Shown: one piece after another, positions 56,603-64,000 of the stretch
Layout of the letters: each line of letters begins with the position of its first letter
Numbering within the stretch: position 1 is the stretch's first letter
NCBI RefSeq assembly: GCF_028641065.1
Contig: NC_073393.1
Location: 31,496,001-31,560,000, forward strand
DNA from: Leucoraja erinacea
Lineage: Eukaryota
Direction: 5' to 3'
Length of the DNA: 64,000 nt
Position numbers and translations under genes: made by a program
Notes under the pieces: model-generated
The model's database searches: none
The model's input: only the letters and a program-made list of their open reading frames with translations
Told to the model about the DNA's origin: nothing

Positions 56603-57403
56603 ACTTCCCTGGTATTTTTACTCACAACAAAGTTATGGATAAAATTAACCACCAAGTTTGTCTTGTTACCTCACTATGACCATCTGAGCAGCATGAAAGC
56701 AAAGCAAAAACAGGGATATAGAAAATGTACTTATTGTGCAATGGACAGCATTCCAGAGCAGATTCAAATAATAGTTTGAAAAATGGGCTGCAGCTTTGAT
56801 TACAGAGGAGCACAAGATCTTACAATTTGTTTTTTTTTTCTCTCCACTCTTGTTTTCAAACTTCAAGCACAAGCCAATTTTGGAAAGGGTATAATTAATG
56901 ACATATGGTCGTCATTGTACCGCCCAGAAAATCATAGGTGAATAATGTTTTACAGAAGACACACCAGAAGGCAACACCGCCTTTTTAAATAATTTGTGGG
57001 TGACAGCATTAATAATGATGGTGACTTGTGTCAGAGTTGGGTAAAGCATAAATATGCCACACAATGTGTGAGGAGTTTGATCAGTTGAGACATGAGCCGC
57101 TCGGTGCCAGAAGTAAAGGATTTCACCAGTCTGAAAGGGAAGGAAGCAGAGATGCAGTGGGATTAATCTATAGTCAGCAACCCACCTGTCAATTTGGTGG
57201 TATTGCCCTGTTATATAAGAAACTTTTATTTTGTTTGATATGAGAAAAGCAGCCTTTGTTCATAAAATAACAGCATTCGTATTTATTTTAATCATCATTC
57301 TGCCTAAACTCATCTTAACAGGCATGGAATACTGCTGTGTTTCCAATTGAACCCCCTTGGAATGAAAGGGCAATCTGATTTTGACTGTATGATACTACCA
57401 CGT

Positions 57404-57520
57404 GGAACTGCAGGTGCTGGTTTAAACTGAAAATAGACACAAAAACTGAAGTAACTCAGCGGGGCAGGCAGCATTTCTGGAGAGAAGGAATGGGTGAAGT
57501 TTCGGGTCTTCTTCAGACTC
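57404..57520 (-). mobile_element. Penelope-like pLTR remnant
   Basis: GGAACTGCAGGTGCTGG...GTAACTCAGCGGGGCAGGCAGC...GTTTCGGGTCTTCTTCAGACT. Confidence 0.78.
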
Positions 57521-57639
57521 ACGTTGTGGCATTAAACAATTAATATAGCAGTTTGGCACATTTGCTATTCTAAGTTTTGTAAAAATCAAGGGAGGGTGGG
57601 AAATGATGAGAGAGTTCAGAATGAGTCTTCAGAAAGAGG

Positions 57640-58115
57640 AAGAGGCTGCAGAGAGTGGTGGGCTCAGCACAGATCATCCCAGGCACAGCCACCCCCACCA
57701 TCAAAACCATTTATATGAGACACTGCCTAAAGAGAGGACCTCAATGATCAATCACCATCTGAGTCCTGCCCTCTTCTTGCTGCTACCATCAGGCAGGAGG
57801 TATAGAAGCCTAATGTCCCACATCATCCAGGTTCAGGAACAGCTACAACCCTCAGGTTCTTGAACCACAATGCACAACCCTAACCTACCTCAGCAACATT
57901 GCACAGTGGACTGCCTTTTGCTCTACCATGTACTTGATTTCTAATTGTGTCGGCACTAATGTCTTGTTTTTGCGCAGTCTTTTTCATCTCAATGTCTTGT
58001 ATAATTGATGCTTCTGTGTGTTGTCCGAGTCCATGTTCCTGGGGTGTTGTTGCAAGCAAGATTTTCATTGTATCTGTACCGCACTGTAATGTGCGTATAA
58101 CAAAATAAAATCAAT
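57640..58115 (+). mobile_element. Old Rex1-type 3' portion
   Basis: ALFLLLPSGRRYRSL; 3'UTR with ATTTTCATTG...AATAAA. Confidence 0.75.
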
Positions 58116-58461
58116 TAGGTATGTTTTAAATTGAGAGCAGTTTACCTGTAGTGGAAAGATTCAGTGTATATTCCAGAAGGTCGCTAAGTGGCCGGGCAGG
58201 AGATTAGATGCTGTTCTACTGGTTTGCTTTGGGCCTCACTATGGCGGAGTAGGCTGCAGACAGGAGTGGGATTGAGAATTTGAATGGCATGTAACAGCAA
58301 GCTCAGGATCATCCCTGCAGACTGAGCACAAAGTCAAGATTCAAGAGTCAAGAGTGTCATATGTTCCGAAAGCAGAACAATAACATTCCTGCTTGCAACA
58401 GAATAACAGATCTGTGCTCCATGAAGCGATCACCCAATCTGAATTATTGATTGAATCAATT

Positions 58462-58745
58462 GAAAGATACAGCAAGCCAACAGGTCCTACCAAGTCCACA
58501 CAGACCATAAATGGCACCTTCACAGCAGTTCTATGCTATCCCACTTCTGTATCTACCCTCTGCTTACTTTGGGGGATTTTACAGGGGCCTATTAACCTGC
58601 AAACCGACATGGGGGTATTTTGCATGTAAAGCACCTGAAGGAAACCCATGTGGTCACAGGGGGAACGTGCAAACTCCACACAGACAGCACCTAAAGGCAG
58701 GAACGAACCCGGCTCTCTGATGCTGGAGGCAGCACTGTTTTGCCC
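58462..58745 (-). mobile_element. Degraded V-SINE
   Basis: AACCCATGTGGTCACAGGGGGAACGTGCAAACTCCACACAGACAGCACC. Confidence 0.75.
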
Positions 58746-58869
58746 TTTGGATTCTCAAATGTAGAGTAGGCCACATTGTGAATACTGAATGCAGTGCACT
58801 AGATTGGAGGTAGTGCCAGTGAATCACAGCTTCACCGGGACGACTCCCTCACCAACTAAAGCAGACTAC

Positions 58870-59030
58870 GGAATGGGCCTTAAGCTAAATATCTGCAAAC
58901 CAAAGGTCCTCAACAAACCGGTTCCTCATTAAATACCCTCCCCGTCCCCGTACAATGAAGATCTTCAATGCATCCTTGGAAAATGAGGACCAATTCCATG
59001 AATTGGGCCTCACCTCTTATTAAAGGCAGC
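58870..59030 (+). mobile_element. RTE-clade LINE RT fragment (degraded)
   Basis: MGLKLNICKPKVL..P.P...LEN.DQF..LG resembles the RTE post-FADD region. Confidence 0.5.
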
Positions 59031-59149
59031 AGAGATTCCTATAGGCGTCTTGGAGGTTCCTATAGGCATCTGATGGATGGACGCAAAAGTAGGCACATGT
59101 TACGTCTCTTAATCTATTAAATCACATTGATTTAAGGCTAATTTCCAAT

Positions 59150-59250
59150 TGTCTGTCCATTCCCACCATTGATGCTGCCTGACCCACTGAGTTCTCCCAG
59201 TACTTTGTGTTTTACTTATGATTCCAGTTTCTGCGGTTCCTTGTGTCTCC
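59150..59250 (+). mobile_element. Penelope-like pLTR remnant
   Basis: GATGCTGCCTGACCCACTGAGTT...GATTCCAGTTTCTGCGGTTCCTTGTGTCTCC. Confidence 0.7.
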
Positions 59251-59424
59251 ATCATTATCATTTTTTTTATTCAATGTTAAATCAATTTTATCGTTAATCC
59301 ATGAAGAGCACTGAATGAAATTAATAAGCTTCTCTTTGTAAATGCCAGATCAGGATTGCTGACACTTTCAGGTTGTATTTATAAACTAGTAATCTGAGGA
59401 TGAATCTGTACTTACATAGGAAGC

Positions 59425-59665
59425 TTCATAAGTTCATGTGATAGGAGCAGAATTAGGCCATTCAGCCCATCGTCTACTCTACCATTCAATCATGGCAGAT
59501 CTATCTTTCCCTCCTAACCCCATTCTCCTGCCTTCTCCCCATAACCCCTGACACCCATACTAACCAAGAATCTATCTATCTCTGCGTAAAAAATATCCAT
59601 TGACATCCTCCACAGCCTTTTGTGGCAATGAATTGTGGCAATGAATTCCGCATATTCACCACCCT
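59425..59665 (-). mobile_element. CR1 3' end
   Basis: GATAGGAGCAGAATTAGGCCATTCAGCCC...CCTGCCTTCTCCCCATAACCCC. Confidence 0.8.
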
Positions 59666-59831
59666 GCTTTTCCATGCTCTCTGCACCACTGAACCAGCCA
59701 TTGTAATCCATTTGAAAAACTGGAGTCATGGGTTGACTTCCAACTGATGCAGAAATTGAACAGAGGCAAATTCTGCACTGTAGGGAACATTTCGCATTTA
59801 AAACAGGAAGTTACTGGAAGTCACAATGGGC

Positions 59832-60010
59832 AGGAATAACTCCACGGGTCAGGCAGCATCTCTGGAGAACTTGGATAGGGATATTTCAGATTGGGACCCT
59901 TCAAATATCACTTATCCATGTTCTCCAGAGATGCCGCCTTAGTCGCTGAGTTACTCCATCACATTGTGTCTCTTTTTGTAAACCAGCATCTGCAGTTCCT
60001 TGTATCTACA
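59832..60010. mobile_element. Palindromic Penelope-like unit
   Basis: GGCAGCATCTCTGGAGAACTTGGATA / TATCCATGTTCTCCAGAGATGCCGCC inverted arms. Confidence 0.75.
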
Positions 60011-60720
60011 AATTACTGGATGTATTAGTCGAGAAAACAATCCCAGAGATCACGACCTATTCCTATATTAATCAATGATTTGAATAGATATCAACACATA
60101 TCCCCATTAAATTTGTAAACAGAACAACATGTCTTTATCTGTTGATGTCACCAGCATTAATGGCTTTAATAAATAAAATGATCTATAACGTTTTACCACC
60201 ATGATTTTGATATGTGTAGTGAAACCACATAGTTATTAATTTGCTATGTTTACATGAATACCAATATCCTGTCATTTTTAGTATTATAGTTAAACACCGT
60301 AACACTGAAGTTAAAAGAACCTTAGGCTTCCAGATTCCTTTGAACAGAGATAACAAACTCCTTGATTTCTGCATTAATCATTACTGTGAATTTTTGTTGC
60401 TATTCAAACCTAAAACAGAAGCTTTCAGAACTATCAATCACATTTTTTATTTAATATGAGCTGTTACAAAATGTTCTTTTGAGAATTACACAAGACAGAT
60501 GTCAGGGTATGTGGACAGCAAGTGAGGTAAAGCTCATGGTAATTTACGTGTATTCTCTCAACAAAGCAAAATGGTTCTATATATTGAATATGGTGAATGC
60601 ATTCTAGATTCTAATCTCACTCCAGGATTTGATTTTATAATAAAGGTGTACTCTTTACAGTGCTATTTATACTAAGGAAGGATTCAATCATGGCTGATCT
60701 ATCGTTTCCTCTCAACCCCT

Positions 60721-61892
60721 AGGTGGTTCAATGACCCTGTCAAGGACCACTGGGACTACCAGTCGGGTACTACCAAAATGCCTGAAGCAGAGTCCATCTG
60801 TATTTTGCATAGTACCCGACTGATGAGGCAGAAGGGGGGAAAAGCATAGAAAAAATAATTCCCCCAATTCAGCGAGAATGCATCCATCGCCGCTGCCTCA
60901 GGGTCTGGATCCCAAGTGACATACATCGGTACCTGGTGATTCAGTCGGGATGCAAAGAGATCGATATCTGGTGTTCCATATTGCCTTGTAATTTCAGCAA
61001 ATACTTTGGGGTTTAACATCCATTCGGTGTTATCATTGAACTTGGGTGACCTGGTGTCTTCCACTGTATTTAGCTTACCTGGTAGGTAAGTTGCTGATAG
61101 CCAAATATGTATGTCGACACACCATTGCCAGATTGTGTTGACCAAATTATCACATGATATCGATTTTATCCCGCCCATATGGTTAATATAGGCCACCACT
61201 GTGGTATTGTCAATCTATAAACGAACATGGAAATGGTGCATATTTGAACAATATGCCTTTAACCCATAGAACGCACCCAACATTTCCAAATAGTTTATGC
61301 CCAGTGTCTGTAGTAGTGATGATTCTAGATTAGTCCATCTACCACCTGTACTGGATATGGTATTAGTTGCTCCCCAGCCTTGAGCACTTGCATCTGTTTG
61401 TATTGTTACTGTTGAGTTATTGATAATGATGGGACTGGAACTATGCCAAATATTCTCTTTCCACCATTGTAACTCTGATATTGCTTCGATAGGCAATTTC
61501 ATGGTTCGGTCAAAGTGACCTGCGTGTTGTTTTGACGCATGCACCTTTGCTCTTTGTAAGTTTTGATAATGCAAAGGTCCAAACTGGGTAGCTGGAAATG
61601 CTGCTACTAATTTCCCAATTACTCTTGCCACTTGTCGAATGGTTGGTTGATTGTTAACCATTAATTTGTTACAGGTTTGTGCCAATTCTGCTGATTTTTC
61701 TTTTGGCAACGTTACAGACATGTGGACTGAGTTAATTGTGAATCTCAGACAGTCCATAGTTGTGGATGGTGTCAACTTAGATTTATCTGGATGTATGACA
61801 AAGCCCAAGGTTTCAAATAAATGTTTAGTAGCTAATACTGCTGAATTAGCTAATTCCATGGTTTTGCCTATTATCAAAATATCATCAAGATA
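60721..61892 (-). pseudogene. DIRS-type tyrosine-recombinase retrotransposon pol remnant: RT (C-half), RNase H, DNA N6-adenine methyltransferase-like domain
   Basis: YLDDILI; TDASAQGWGA...INYLEM...(I)DNTTVVAYINHMGG...YLPGKLN..ED (RNase H); IDLFASRLN...DAFSLNW...YAFPPF...LVVPDW. Single frame with one in-frame TAG at 61215-61217. Confidence 0.9.
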
Positions 61893-64000
61893 TAGAAACA
61901 TAGAAACATAGAAATTAGGTGCAGGAGTAGGCCATTCGGCCCTTCGAGCCTGCACCGCCATTCAATATGATCATGGCTGATCATCCAACTCAGTATCCCG
62001 TACCTGCCTTCTCTCCATACCCCCTGATCCCCTTAGCCACAAGGGCCACATCTAACTCCCTCTTAAATATATAGCCAATGAACTGGCCTCAACTACCCTC
62101 TGTGGCAGAGAGTTCCAGAGATTCACCACTCTCTGTGTGAAAAAAGTTCTCCTCATCTCGGTTTTAAAGGATTTCCCCCTTATCCTTAAGCTGTGACCCC
62201 TTGTCCTGGACTTCCCCAACATCGGGAACAATCTTCCTGCATCTAGCCTGTCCAACCCCTTAAGAATTTTGTAAGTTTCTATATATGATCCCCTCTCAAT
62301 CTCCTAAATTCTAGAGAGTATAAAACAAGTCTATCCAGTCTTTCTTCATAAGACAGTCCTGACATCCCAGGAATCAGTCTGGTGAACCGTCTCTGCACTC
62401 CCTCTATGGCAATAATGTCCTTCCTCAGATTTGGAGACCAAAACTGTACGCAATACTCCAGGTGTGGTCTCACCAAGACCCTGTACAACTGCAGTAGAAC
62501 CTCCCTGCTCCTATACTCAAATCCTTTTGCAATGAAAGCTAACATACCATTCGCTTTCTTTATTGCCTGCTGCACCTGCATGCCTACCTTCAATGACTGG
62601 TGTACCATGACACCCAGGTCTCGCTGCATCTCCCCCTTTCCCAATCGGCCACCATTTAGATAATAGTCTGCTTTCCCGTTTTTTTGCCACCAAAATGGAT
62701 AACCTCACATTTATCCACATTATACTGCATCTGCCAAACATTTGCCCACTCACCCAGCCTATCCAAGTCACCTTGCAGTCTCCTAGCATCCTCCTCACAG
62801 CTAACTGCTGCCCCCCAGCTTAGTGTCATCCGCAAAACTTGGAGATATTGCCTTCAATTCCCTCATCCAGATCATTAATATATATTGTAAATAGCTGGGG
62901 TCCCAGCGCTGAGCCTTGCGGTACCCCACTAGTCACTGCCTGCCATTGTGAAAAGGACCCGTTTACTCCTACTCTTTGCTTCCTGTTTGCCAGCCAGTTC
63001 TCTATCCACATCAATACTGAACCCCCAATGCCTTGTGCTTTAAGTTTGTATACTAATCTCTTATGTGGGACCTTGTCGAAAGCCTTCTGGAAGTCCAGAT
63101 ACACCACATCCACTGTTTCCCCCCTATCCATGCTACTAGTTACATCCTCATAAGATTCGTCAGACATGATTTACCTTTCGTAAATCCATGCTGACTTTGT
63201 CCAATGATTTCACCACTTTCCAAATGTGCTGCTATCCCATCTTTAATAACTGACTCTAGCAGTTTCCCCACTACCGATGTTAGACTAACTGGTCTGTAAT
63301 TCCCCATTTTCTCTCTCCCTCCCTTCTTAAAAAGTGGGGTTACGTTTGCTACCCGCCAATCTTCAGGAACTACTCCAGAATCTAAAGAGTTTTGAAAGAT
63401 TATTACTAATGCATCCACTATTTCTGGAGCTACTTCCTTAAGTACTCTGGGATGCAGCCTATCTGGCCCTGGGGATTTATCGGCCTTTAATCCATTCAAT
63501 TTACCCAACACCACTTCCCGGCTAACCTGGATTTCACTCAATTCCTCCAACTCCTTTGACCCGCGGTCCCCTGCTATTTCCGGCAAATTATTTATGTCTT
63601 CCTTAGTGAAGACGGAACCAAAGTAGTTATTCAATTGGTCCGCCATATCCTTGTTCCCCATGATCAACTCACCTGTTTCTGACTGCAAGGGACCTACATT
63701 TTTTTTTAACTAATCTCTTTCTTTTCACATATCTACAAAAACTTTTGCAGTCAGTTTTTATGTTCCCTGCCAGTTTTCTTTCATAATCTATTTTCCCTTT
63801 CCTAATTAAGCCCTTTGTCCTCCTCCGCTGGTCTTTGAATTTCCCCCAGTCCTCCGGTATGCTGCTTTTTCTGGCTAATTTATACGCATCATCCTTCGCT
63901 TTGATACTATCCCTGATTTCCCTTGTTATCCATGGATGTACTACCTTCCCTGATTTATTCTTTTGCCAAACTGGTATGAACAAATTTTGTAGTTCATCCA
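61893..64000 (-). mobile_element. Young CR1 LINE, ORF2 RT region to 3' tail (continues beyond the window)
   Basis: [78 protein letters not shown]; (TTTCTATG)n tail; several frameshifts. Confidence 0.95.

Noticed and set aside
60756-61199. Bacterial or phage methyltransferase gene (horizontal transfer or restriction-modification system)
   Set aside because: In frame with DIRS RT/RNase H; it is the known DIRS pol domain.

Overview
Eukaryotic, vertebrate, non-coding DNA: a large intron or gene desert of a cartilaginous fish, most likely a skate or ray. The taxon is inferred from HE1-type V-SINEs, Deu-domain SINE relics and the CR1/Rex1/Penelope mix. I recognise no host protein-coding exon, rRNA, true tRNA or CRISPR array. 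Every ORF I can assign belongs to a transposable element: CR1 LINEs (including a young ORF2 running off the right end), Rex1/Babar LINEs, a DIRS-type RT-RNaseH-adenine-methyltransferase fragment and an RTE fragment. By eye a large share of the window is TE-derived: about 20 V-SINEs, about 20 Penelope-type pLTR remnants carrying minimal hammerhead-ribozyme motifs (several as palindromes), Harbinger-like MITEs, two probable solo LTRs, a Helitron 3' end, and many nested insertions. The best candidates for something undescribed are (i) a GC-rich, non-tRNA, Rex1-tailed non-autonomous retroposon family with a covarying 3' hairpin and (ii) the loop-less hammerhead motifs of the Penelope remnants. I found no convincing new multi-gene system. 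There are two assembly gaps. Boundaries were read by eye and are approximate (about +/-10 nt for degraded copies). Family names come from motif recognition, not from a database search.
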